Assembly: GCA_035464115.1 (NCBI GenBank)
Contig: DATHSN010000163.1
Location: 2,025-26,024 of the forward strand
Length of the DNA: 24,000 nucleotides
Origin: Acidimicrobiales bacterium
Lineage (GTDB): Bacteria; Actinomycetota; Acidimicrobiia; Acidimicrobiales; SKKL01
Direction of reading: 5' to 3'
The notes under the pieces are model-generated. The model was not told the origin of the DNA and made no database searches. It saw nothing but the letters and a program-made list of their open reading frames with translations. Shown piece by piece: positions 15,219 to 23,185 of the stretch; positions within the stretch are counted from its first letter, which is position 1; every line of letters starts with the position of its first letter. Both the position numbers and the translations under genes were made by a program.

Positions 15219-16604
15219 GTGACCGTTGCGTACGATCTGGTGGTGGTGGGCGGTGGCGCCGGCGGGCTGGTCGCCGCCAAGGAGGCTCGCCGTCGCGGCG
15301 CCTCGGTGGTGATCGTCCAGGACGGTCCGGTGGGCGGCGACTGCACGTTCACCGGATGCGTCCCCTCCAAGGCGCTGCTGGCCGCCGCCGCGTCGGGCGC
15401 CGACTTCGACGACGCCATGGGCCGCGTCCACCGGGCCGTCGAGCGGATCGCCGCCACCGAGGACGCCGCCGCCCTCGCCGCGTTCGACATCGACGTGATC
15501 GACGGCTTCGCCCGCTTCACGTCGCCCACCAGCCTGGAGGTCGACGGGCGCACCATCTCCTCACGCCGCTTCGTGGTCGCCACCGGCGCCCGCCCCTCCC
15601 TGCCCCCCATCCCCGGGCTGCGCGAGTCGTCACCGCTCACCACCGAGACGCTGTTCGACCTGTCGAGTCGACCGGGGTCGATGATCGTGCTGGGCGGCGG
15701 GCCCATCGGCTGTGAGATGGCCCAGGCCTTCGCCCGCCTCGGCACCCGCGTCACCCTCGTCGAAGCCCTCGACCGGATCCTGCCCCGCGAGGAGCCCGAC
15801 GCGTCGGCGGTGATCGCCGAGGCGCTCGCCGCCGACGGGGTCGACGTGCGGGTCGGCGCGACGGTCGAGCGCATCGAGCAGATGGTCGACGGCCAGGTGT
15901 GCGCCCACCTCGCCGACGGCTCCCGGGTGGGGGCGACGCACCTCCTCGCCGCCATCGGGCGGGTGCCGTCGGGACGCGGGTTCGGCCTCGAGGACATCGG
16001 CGTGGAGCTCGACGCACGGGGCGCCGTGGTCGTCGACGCCACGCTGGCCACGTCGGTGCCCGGCATCTGGGCGGTGGGCGACGTGACCGGGGGCCTGCAG
16101 TTCACCCACGTCGCCGGGCGCATGGGGTGGGTGGCAGCCTCCAACGCGCTCTCCAAGCTGGCCCGCGTCCGCGGCTTCCGGTTCGACCCGACCAACGTCC
16201 CGTGGGCCACGTTCACCGCCCCCGAGGTGGGCCGGGTCGGGCTCACCGAGGCCGAGGCCGCCGCCCTGCACCCCACCGCCCGGGTGGCCCACCTCCCCCT
16301 CGACCACGTCGACCGGGCCATCGCCGTGGGCGCCGAGCGGGGCTTCGTGAAGCTCATCGCCGCCCCCAAGCGGGGGGCCCGCCACCTCGGGGGCGGGCGG
16401 CTGGTGGGGGCCACCATCGTGGCGCCCACCGGGGGCGACCTGGACCACGAGGCCGCCCTCGCCATGCAGACCAACATGTTCGTCGGCCGGCTCGCCCAGA
16501 CCGCCCACGCCTACCCCACGTGGGCGGCGGCGGTGCAGCAGGCCGCCCTGCAGTTCTTCGGGACGTCGTCGGGCTTCACGGCCCGCCCCGTCCGAGCCGG
16601 GTAG
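15219..16604 (+). CDS. Class I FAD-dependent pyridine nucleotide-disulfide oxidoreductase (dihydrolipoamide dehydrogenase / mercuric reductase-like)
   Basis: Track ORF 15105..16604, trimmed to GTG 15219 so that the FAD Rossmann motif DLVVVGGGAGG is N-terminal. The redox-active CxxxxC is GGDCTFTGCVPSK. The second Rossmann motif is IVLGGGPIGCE, followed by GDVTGG and a C-terminal HAYPT (His of the interface dyad). No metal-binding NmerA-like domain. Confidence 0.85.
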   Translation: MTVAYDLVVVGGGAGGLVAAKEARRRGASVVIVQDGPVGGDCTFTGCVPSKALLAAAASGADFDDAMGRVHRAVERIAATEDAAALAAFDIDVIDGFARFTSPTSLEVDGRTISSRRFVVATGARPSLPPIPGLRESSPLTTETLFDLSSRPGSMIVLGGGPIGCEMAQAFARLGTRVTLVEALDRILPREEPDASAVIAEALAADGVDVRVGATVERIEQMVDGQVCAHLADGSRVGATHLLAAIGRVPSGRGFGLEDIGVELDARGAVVVDATLATSVPGIWAVGDVTGGLQFTHVAGRMGWVAASNALSKLARVRGFRFDPTNVPWATFTAPEVGRVGLTEAEAAALHPTARVAHLPLDHVDRAIAVGAERGFVKLIAAPKRGARHLGGGRLVGATIVAPTGGDLDHEAALAMQTNMFVGRLAQTAHAYPTWAAAVQQAALQFFGTSSGFTARPVRAG

Positions 16605-16637
16605 ACCAGCGACGAGGTCGTCAGCGGCCGCCCCCCG

Positions 16638-16657
16638 AAAGGGACGAAGGTCCCGGC
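16638..16657. promoter_or_regulatory. DosR/DevR-like palindrome GGGAC-N4-GTCCC upstream of the USP genes
   Basis: AAAGGGACGAAGGTCCCGGC compared with the recalled M. tuberculosis DosR consensus TTSGGGACTWWAGTCCCSAA. Both GGGAC/GTCCC cores and the 4-nt spacing are exact; flanks are poor (13 of 20 by hand). The centre is about 130 nt before USP GTG 16778. No response regulator gene in the window. Confidence 0.3.
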
Positions 16658-16777
16658 CGAATGGCCCACCCTCCCCGGGACGTAGCCGCACCTGGTCCGT
16701 AGCGTGGCAGGTGACCCGATGGGGGGTCATGTCGTGCCGGGAAGCCTGGTCGGCGAGCGTCCAGGAGGTCGCGCGCC

Positions 16778-17716
16778 GTGATCAGCAACGCCGTCGGCAC
16801 GGTCTCGTTCCGCAGCATCCTCGTCTGCCCGCTCCGCTCCGACGAGCGGCCCGACCCGCTCCGCCGGGTGGTCGAGCTGGCGCGACGGTGCGACGCGCGC
16901 ATCACCCTGCTCGGGATCCTCCGTGAGCCCCCGCGGGTCGTCACCCCCTTCATGAGCCAGGAGCGCCTCGAGCGCATCGCCCGGGCGGAGCACACCGCGA
17001 TGGAGCAGCGGCTGGACCGCATGGCGACGCAGTGCGATGCGCCAGACGCCGAGGTCGCGGTCCGGGTCGGGAACCCGGCGCTGACCATCGTCGCCGAGGT
17101 GCTCGCGGGCGGCCACGACCTGGTGGTCGTCACCTCCGACGAGGATCGGGAAGACCGCGCCACCCTCCGGCGGCTGCTGCGCAAGTGCCCCGCGCCGGTC
17201 TGGGTCATCCGACCGACGCGGGCCCGGGTCCAGCGGGTGATGGTGTCGGTCAGCGCGGAGCCCGACGAGGAGGACCTGAACCGGCATCTGCTCGACCTCG
17301 GCGCCACCGTCGTCGGGCTCGGCGGGGGCGAGCTCCACGTGGTCCATGCGTGGCAGGTGTTCGCCGAGGACGCCCTTCGCCTCTTCGGCGACTGCTCCGA
17401 CGCTGACATCGCCGACCTCCGGCGCGAGGAGAGATCGGCGCGTGACCGTGAGGTCCTCGCCCTCCTCGAGACGTCGGCCGCCGCCACCCTCGACTGGACG
17501 CTGCACCTCGAGCACGGGCCGCCGGCTCCCAGCATCATCGACCTGGTGCGCCGCAAGCGCATCAACCTGCTGGTGATCGGCACGGTGGCCCGCACCGGCT
17601 TCAGCGGACTGCTGATGGGCAACACCGCCGAGCAGGTCCTCGACGAGGTCGACTGCTCGGTGCTGACGGCGAAGCCCGAGGGATTCATCACGCCGATCGC
17701 CGGCGCCAGCTCGTGA
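16778..17716 (+). CDS. Tandem-domain universal stress protein (UspA family)
   Basis: ORF track, 312 aa, GTG start with AGGAGG upstream. It has two USP-like halves. The C-terminal half carries the ATP-binding-type motif LLVIGTVARTGFSGLLMGNTAEQV. Confidence 0.85.
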   Translation: MISNAVGTVSFRSILVCPLRSDERPDPLRRVVELARRCDARITLLGILREPPRVVTPFMSQERLERIARAEHTAMEQRLDRMATQCDAPDAEVAVRVGNPALTIVAEVLAGGHDLVVVTSDEDREDRATLRRLLRKCPAPVWVIRPTRARVQRVMVSVSAEPDEEDLNRHLLDLGATVVGLGGGELHVVHAWQVFAEDALRLFGDCSDADIADLRREERSARDREVLALLETSAAATLDWTLHLEHGPPAPSIIDLVRRKRINLLVIGTVARTGFSGLLMGNTAEQVLDEVDCSVLTAKPEGFITPIAGASS

Positions 17717-17757
17717 TCGGCCAGTCGAGCTCCATGCTCACGACCCAGGGAGGCGTC

Positions 17758-18597
17758 ATGAAGCGGATCATCGTCGGAACGGACGGCTCGCCCGGCGCGG
17801 CGAACGCCCTGCGGTGGGCGGCTCGCCTCGCGTCCCGCCACGGCGCAGAGGTCGTGGTGATGACCGGCTTCGTGCCGGTCGACTCCGAGCTGCGGCCGCC
17901 GCGCATCGAGGTGCTCCTCGCCGAGCAGGAGACGCGGTTGGAGACGTGGAGCGAACCGGCTCGGCTCGGTGAGCTCCGGGTGCGGACCGTCGTCGAACGG
18001 GGTGACCCGCGCCCGGCCATCCTCGCCGTCGCCGAGCGCGAGGACGCCGACCTCGTCGTGGTGGGACGGGTCGGCGACTCCGCCGGACCCGGGGTGTTGC
18101 ACCTCGGCAGCATGGCGGAGTGGCTGGCCCACCACGCCGATCGCCCGGTGGCGGTGGTCGGAGGCCAGGTCGACCTGAGCACCCGCACCGCGCTCGTGGC
18201 CGTCGATGGCTCAGCCGGATCCCGCGCTGCGGTCCGATGGGTCCTCGCCATGCGAGGCGACGCCGACATGCAGGTCACCGCGGCGTCGGTCGAGCGCGTC
18301 CCGCTCGAGTGGACGCCCGCCGACAGCCCGCAGAACTGGCGCCGCGACCTCGAGCGGCGGATCCTCGATGACTACGCGTCCGAGCTCGTCGACGCCGGAC
18401 TCGAGATCAACGCGCTCGCCCGCAACGGTGCCGACGTCGCCGGCGCTCTGCTCCAGGCGGCCAAGGACGAGCGCAGCGATCTCGTCGTCGTCGGCACGCG
18501 CGGTCTGGGCGGCTTCACCGGCCTGCGGGTCGGTGGTGTCTCGCTCAAGACCCTGCACCGCGCCGACCGCCCGGTCGTGCTCGTGCCGCCCACGTGA
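17758..18597 (+). CDS. Tandem-domain universal stress protein (UspA family)
   Basis: Track ORF 17713..18597, trimmed to ATG 17758 (GGGAGG upstream). It begins MKRIIVGTDGSPGAANALRWAA. First-domain end: DLVVVGRVG...GSMAEWLAHHADRPVAVV. Second-domain motif: LVVVGTRGLGGFTGLRVGGVSLKTLHRADRPVVLV. Confidence 0.85.
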   Translation: MKRIIVGTDGSPGAANALRWAARLASRHGAEVVVMTGFVPVDSELRPPRIEVLLAEQETRLETWSEPARLGELRVRTVVERGDPRPAILAVAEREDADLVVVGRVGDSAGPGVLHLGSMAEWLAHHADRPVAVVGGQVDLSTRTALVAVDGSAGSRAAVRWVLAMRGDADMQVTAASVERVPLEWTPADSPQNWRRDLERRILDDYASELVDAGLEINALARNGADVAGALLQAAKDERSDLVVVGTRGLGGFTGLRVGGVSLKTLHRADRPVVLVPPT

Positions 18598-18600
18598 AGC

Positions 18601-18617
18601 GCGGGCAGCCTGCCCGC
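18601..18617. repeat. 17-bp perfect palindrome GCGGGCAG-C-CTGCCCGC between USP2 and the NOX-like gene
   Basis: Read directly. It starts 4 nt after the USP2 stop and ends 25 nt before ATG 18643. It could be a short hairpin or an operator; no U-tract. Confidence 0.3.
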
Positions 18618-18642
18618 CGATGAAGGTCAAGGAGTGGTTGTG

Positions 18643-20058
18643 ATGGATCGCGACGCGCGCCTCTGGGTCGCGGCCGGTGCCTACGCGTTGGTCACCCTCG
18701 CCCCGCTGTTCGTCATCCGGATCGGCACGACCGTGCCCCAGCGCGGCTTCTGGGTGGAGTTCGCGGTGGCCCTGGGGTTCATCGGCCTCGCCATGTTGTG
18801 CCTCCAGGCCGTGCTCACCGCCCGCTACCCGAAGGTCACGGTGACGCTCGGTCAGGACGCCATGCTGCAGTTCCACCGCCAGGCGGGTCTCGTCGGGTTC
18901 GGGTTCGTCATGTTCCACCCGGTGATCCTCCTCGCCACCGACGGCGACTACTGGGAGTTCCTCGACCCCCGGGTGAACTTCCTGCGCGCCATCTTCTTGA
19001 TCATCGCCGTGGTGGCGCTCCCGGCGATCATCGCCACGTCGTTGTGGCGCGACCGGCTGCGGATCCCCTACGAGTGGTGGCGCCTCGGCCACGGCGCCCT
19101 GGCCGTGCTCATCGTGATCATCGGGCTCGTCCACATCACGCGGGTGAGCTACTACCTCGAGAGCCTCTGGAAGCAAGGGCTGTGGCTCGCGATCGGCGTC
19201 GCGTCGATCGGCAGCGTGGCCTACGTGCGGGTGCTCACCCCGGTGCGCTCGGGCCGTCACCCCTATTCGGTCGCCGCGGTCGAGCCCCTGGCGCGGCGCA
19301 CGTGGCGGGTGCGGGTCGAGCCCGACGAGTCGACGCACCCGCTCGACTTCGACGCCGGGCAGTTCGCGTTCGTCACCATCGCCGACTCACCCTTCTCCTT
19401 GGAGCAGCACCCGTTCTCGGTCGCCTCGAGCGCTCGGGAGGCCACCCACCTCGAGTTCGCGGTGAAGGAGCTCGGCGACTTCAGCGCCACCATCGGTGAT
19501 GTCGAGCCGGGTCAGCGGGTCTACGTCGACGGCCCCTACGGCTCACTGGCACTCCCCCGCGGGGACGCGCCCGGTGTCATGTTCCTGGCCGCGGGCATCG
19601 GGATCACGCCGATCATCAGCATGCTGCGCACGCTGCGAGACGACCGCAGCGAGATGTCGGCCGTGCTGGTGTGCGCCAACGAGCGACCCGACGACATCGC
19701 CTACCGCGACGAGATCGACGCGATCGCCGAGGTCATCGACCTCACCGTGGTGCACGTGGTCGAGCACCCCGACGCCGACTGGTCGGGGGAGACCGGCCGC
19801 ATCTCCCGGGAGCTCGTCGCCCGGGCGCTACCCGCCGATGCGGCACGCTGGCACTACGTGGTGTGCGGTCCGCCGCCGATGATGGAGGCCGTCGAGGGCG
19901 CCCTCGTCGACCTCGGGGTGCCGATCGAGCGGGTGGAGTCGGAGCGGTTCGACATCGGCGCGGCCGGGATGGTGGGACGCCGGGGCGCCGGGGTGCGGCG
20001 ACGGGTGCTGGCGCTCGGCGCGCTGCTCCTCGTGGCGGCCGCCGCGTTCGCCTGGTGA
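18643..20058 (+). CDS. Ferric-reductase/NADPH-oxidase-like membrane flavocytochrome (FRD heme domain plus FAD- and NAD(P)H-binding domains)
   Basis: Track ORF 18634..20058; ATG 18643 is preferred (AAGGAG 8 nt upstream). Two His pairs in hydrophobic helices each have 13 intervening residues: QFHRQ...MFHPV and LGHGA...GLVHIT. HPFS is the FAD motif, GIGITP is the NAD(P)H motif, and CGPPPM is present. There is an extra C-terminal hydrophobic helix, VLALGALLLVAAAAFAW. Confidence 0.85.
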   Translation: MDRDARLWVAAGAYALVTLAPLFVIRIGTTVPQRGFWVEFAVALGFIGLAMLCLQAVLTARYPKVTVTLGQDAMLQFHRQAGLVGFGFVMFHPVILLATDGDYWEFLDPRVNFLRAIFLIIAVVALPAIIATSLWRDRLRIPYEWWRLGHGALAVLIVIIGLVHITRVSYYLESLWKQGLWLAIGVASIGSVAYVRVLTPVRSGRHPYSVAAVEPLARRTWRVRVEPDESTHPLDFDAGQFAFVTIADSPFSLEQHPFSVASSAREATHLEFAVKELGDFSATIGDVEPGQRVYVDGPYGSLALPRGDAPGVMFLAAGIGITPIISMLRTLRDDRSEMSAVLVCANERPDDIAYRDEIDAIAEVIDLTVVHVVEHPDADWSGETGRISRELVARALPADAARWHYVVCGPPPMMEAVEGALVDLGVPIERVESERFDIGAAGMVGRRGAGVRRRVLALGALLLVAAAAFAW

Positions 20059-20151
20059 CGCGGATCATGCCGGAACCGTCCACACCGGCACGAGACTTCT
20101 TCGTCTCCTAGCGTCGCATGGCGGTACGACCCAGCAGGGAAGGGTGCCGCC

Positions 20152-21084
20152 GTGGGGGCCAGCGGACCAGACCGAACCGACCGCTACCGGGGAGCGCTGG
20201 TGGGCGTGGCCGTGGGCGACGCGCTCGGCGCGGCGTTCGAGGGTCACCCCGGCCCGGTGCCGCCCGCCGCCCTCCGCGAGCACCTCGACGGCACCGGTCG
20301 GGCCCTCTACACCGACGACACCGCGCTCACCATCGCCACCGCCGAGTCGCTGCTCGACGCCGACGGCCTCGACCTCGACCACCTCGCCGCCGCGCTCGCC
20401 GCCGCCCACCACCGCGAGCCCGGCCGGGGCTACGGCGCCGGCACCGCGTCGCTGCTCGCCCGCATCCAGGCGGGCGGCGACTGGCGCCCGCTCGCGGCCG
20501 GGCAGTTCGGGGGCACCGGGTCGTTCGGCAACGGCGCGGCCATGCGCTCGGCGCCGATCGCCCTGTTCGCCGGGCGCCACGCGGTGCGCGCCGCCGATCT
20601 CGCCCGCCGGGCGGCGCGCACGACCCACACCCACACCGTGGGGGTGGAGGGCGCCGCCGCTCTGGCCGCCGCGGTGGCCCTCGTGCTGGGCGGCACCGAC
20701 CCGGGGATGGTGGCCCACGAGCTCCAGGTCGTCGTCCACGACCCCGACCTGCGCGAGCGGTTGTGGGCGGTGGGCGACCTGCCGACGGGCGAGAGCGCCC
20801 CGGTCGTCGCCCGCGTCACCGGCACCGGGGTCAGCGCCGCGGAGTCGGTGCCCGCCGCGATCGCCGCGTTCGTCACCCACCCCGACGGGTTCGCCGACAC
20901 CGTGGCGTTCGCCATCTCGCTGGGTGGCGACACCGACACCATCGCGTCGATGGCCGGGGCGCTGGCCGGCGCCCACCACGGGTACCGGGCCATCCCCGAG
21001 CACTGGGTGGCCCGCACCGAGGGCTGTCCTGTCCTCGTCGAGCTGGCCGACCGGCTGGCCGCGCGCCACCGCCACGACGGCTGA
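20152..21084 (+). CDS. ADP-ribosylglycohydrolase family protein (DraG/ARH-like)
   Basis: ORF track, 310 aa, GTG start with GGAAGG upstream. ARH motifs: RYRGALVGVAVGDALGAAFE, YTDDTALT, GNGAAMR and SLGGDTDTIASMAGALAGA. Confidence 0.85.
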   Translation: MGASGPDRTDRYRGALVGVAVGDALGAAFEGHPGPVPPAALREHLDGTGRALYTDDTALTIATAESLLDADGLDLDHLAAALAAAHHREPGRGYGAGTASLLARIQAGGDWRPLAAGQFGGTGSFGNGAAMRSAPIALFAGRHAVRAADLARRAARTTHTHTVGVEGAAALAAAVALVLGGTDPGMVAHELQVVVHDPDLRERLWAVGDLPTGESAPVVARVTGTGVSAAESVPAAIAAFVTHPDGFADTVAFAISLGGDTDTIASMAGALAGAHHGYRAIPEHWVARTEGCPVLVELADRLAARHRHDG

Positions 21085-21155
21085 CCGGTGGCGGTCGGCA
21101 CAAAAGGGTCCGACGGCATCTCGACAGAGACGCCCCGGGTGGGTGAGGGTGGATC

Positions 21156-22019
21156 ATGGCCTTCGAGCTCCAGCACGTGTCCATCCATGGTCACGACGTC
21201 GGCTTCCGGCGGGGCGGCGACGGACCGGTCATCTTGTTGGTGCACGGCATCGCCGGCAGCTCGCGCACCTGGCGGGAGGTGATGCCCGCCCTGGCGGAGC
21301 GCTACACGGTGCTCGCGCCCGATCTGATCGGCCACGGCGAGTCGGCCAAGCCGGTGGGCGACTACTCGCTCGGCGCCTACGCCAGCGGCCTGCGCGACCT
21401 CATGGGCGTGCTCGACATCCCGAGCGCCACCATCGTCGGGCACTCGTTCGGGGGCGGGGTGGCGATGCAGCTCGCCTACCAGCACCCTGAGCGCTGCGAC
21501 CGCCTGGTGCTGGTCGGCAGCGGTGGCCTCGGCCGCGAGGTGAGCTGGATGCTGCGGCTGCTGGCTCTGCCGGGCACCGAGCTGCTCATGCCGATCATCT
21601 TCCCGTCGTTCCTGCGAGATCGAGGCAACGACGTCGGGCGCATCCTGCACGACCGGGGCATCCGGTCGGCCCGCATCGACGAGATGTGGCGGTCCTACGG
21701 CTCGCTGGCCGAGTCGCCCAACCGCCGGGCGTTCCTGCGCACGCTGCGGGCGGTCATCGACCCCGGTGGCCAGGTGGTGAGCGCCATGGACCGCATCTCG
21801 CTCGCCGCCGCGGTGCCCACCATGATCGTGTGGGGCGACCACGACGACATCATCCCCGTCGAGCACGCCTACGCCGCTCACGAGGCCATCCCCGGGAGCC
21901 GACTCGAGGTGTTCGACGGCGCGGCCCACTTCCCCCACGCCGAGCATCCCGAGCGGTTCGTCGCCGTGCTGCGCGACTTCATGGAGACCACCACCGCCGG
22001 GGTCACCACCGCGGCCTGA
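21156..22019 (+). CDS. Alpha/beta-fold hydrolase
   Basis: ORF track, 287 aa. The HG oxyanion motif is LLVHGIAGS and the nucleophile elbow is GHSFGG. Late acidic residues (WGDHDD) and a His (AAHFPHAEHP) fit a Ser-Asp-His triad. Confidence 0.85.
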   Translation: MAFELQHVSIHGHDVGFRRGGDGPVILLVHGIAGSSRTWREVMPALAERYTVLAPDLIGHGESAKPVGDYSLGAYASGLRDLMGVLDIPSATIVGHSFGGGVAMQLAYQHPERCDRLVLVGSGGLGREVSWMLRLLALPGTELLMPIIFPSFLRDRGNDVGRILHDRGIRSARIDEMWRSYGSLAESPNRRAFLRTLRAVIDPGGQVVSAMDRISLAAAVPTMIVWGDHDDIIPVEHAYAAHEAIPGSRLEVFDGAAHFPHAEHPERFVAVLRDFMETTTAGVTTAA

Positions 22020-22076
22020 CGTCGGGCGCGGCTGCGGCCGCCCACCCTGCCGGTCCACCAGGCCTGGCGAGGCTCA

Positions 22077-22095
22077 TTAGGTGGCCCTAACCTCA
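22077..22095. promoter_or_regulatory. IdeR/DtxR-type iron box overlapping a -10-like TAACCT and abutting the permease start
   Basis: TTAGGTGGCCCTAACCTCA compared with the recalled IdeR consensus TTAGGTTAGGCTAACCTAA: 14 of 19 on the top strand and 15 of 19 on the reverse complement, by hand. TAACCT (22088-22093) lies 6 nt before GTG 22100, the same leaderless geometry seen elsewhere in the window. The downstream genes are iron-siderophore permeases. Confidence 0.55.
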
Positions 22096-22099
22096 CCGG

Positions 22100-23185
22100 G
22101 TGGCCCTCTCCACGCCGACGCGCACCACCACCACGGTCGACGCCGTCGACGACCCTGTCGCCCGTCGCGAAGCGCGCCGGACCGGCTCCCGGTCGACACG
22201 GGCGCTCGGGCTCGCCGGGGCGACGGTGCTGCTCACCGGGGTGGCGTTCGCCAGCCTCGCCTTCGGGGCCAAGGCGATCCCGCTCGCCACGGTGTGGGAT
22301 GCCCTGTGGGCGTTCGATCCCACGGTCACCGACCACCTGGTGGTGCGCGAGCTGCGGATGCCGCGCACCGCGGTGGGGCTCATGGTCGGGGTGGCCCTCG
22401 GGCTCGCCGGGGCGCTGATGCAGGGGGTGTCGCGCAACCCGCTCGCCGACCCCGGCATCCTCGGCGTCAACGCGGGGGCCGCCCTCGCGGTGGTGATCGG
22501 CATCTACGTGTTCGGCGTCGGCAGCCTGCTCGGCTACGTCTGGTTCGCCTTCGCCGGCGCCGCGGTGGCCAGCGCCATCGTCTACGGCATCGGCTCGCTC
22601 GGGCGCGAGGGGGCCACGCCGGTGAAGCTGGCTCTCGCCGGTGCTGCGGTCACCGCGCTGCTCGGCTCGCTCACCACGGCGATCCTGCTCATCGACGTGG
22701 CCACCCTCGACCAGTTCCGGTTCTGGGCCGTCGGGTCGCTCGCCGGTCGCACCGACGAGGTGGCCTGGCAGGTCGCGCCCTTCGTGGCCGTGGGCGTCGT
22801 CATGGCCCTCGTGTCGGGTCGGTTGCTCAACGCCCTCGCGCTCGGCGACGACGTCGCCCGGTCCCTCGGCCAACGGGTGGCGCGCGCCCGGCTCTTCACC
22901 GCCGCGGCCACGGTGGTGCTCGCCGGGGCCGCCACCGCCGCCGCCGGCCCCATCGGGTTCGTGGGCCTCACCGTGCCCCACGTGGCCCGCGCCCTCACCG
23001 GGCCCGACTACCGCTGGGTGCTCCCCTACTCCATGGTCCTCGCCCCGGCGCTGCTGCTCGGCGCCGACGTCATCGGACGGGTGGTGGTCCGGCCGGGTGA
23101 GCTGCAGGTCGGCATCGTCACCGCGCTGGTCGGGGCGCCGTTCTTCATCGCGCTCGTGCGGCGCCGCAAGCTGGCCGAGCTGTGA
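22100..23185 (+). CDS. FecCD-family iron-siderophore ABC transporter permease
   Basis: ORF track, 361 aa. The motifs LRMPRTAVGLMVGVALGLAGALMQGVSRNPLADPGILGV, GPIGFVGLTVPH and the C-terminal GAPFFIALVRRRK are typical of BtuC/FepD/FhuB-type permeases. Confidence 0.9.
   Translation: MALSTPTRTTTTVDAVDDPVARREARRTGSRSTRALGLAGATVLLTGVAFASLAFGAKAIPLATVWDALWAFDPTVTDHLVVRELRMPRTAVGLMVGVALGLAGALMQGVSRNPLADPGILGVNAGAALAVVIGIYVFGVGSLLGYVWFAFAGAAVASAIVYGIGSLGREGATPVKLALAGAAVTALLGSLTTAILLIDVATLDQFRFWAVGSLAGRTDEVAWQVAPFVAVGVVMALVSGRLLNALALGDDVARSLGQRVARARLFTAAATVVLAGAATAAAGPIGFVGLTVPHVARALTGPDYRWVLPYSMVLAPALLLGADVIGRVVVRPGELQVGIVTALVGAPFFIALVRRRKLAEL

Noticed and set aside
13544-16477. 977-aa minus-strand ORF
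   Set aside because: It lies antisense to the methyltransferase, uppP and the disulfide reductase, all of which have clear signatures. Its composition is R/A/P/G-rich with no recognisable domain.
16676-16705. Second DosR-like element (GGGACGTAGCCGCACCTGGTCCGTAGC)
   Set aside because: It has only one good GGGAC half-site, and the partner GGTCC is at the wrong spacing and in the wrong orientation. The GTAGC direct repeat may be chance.
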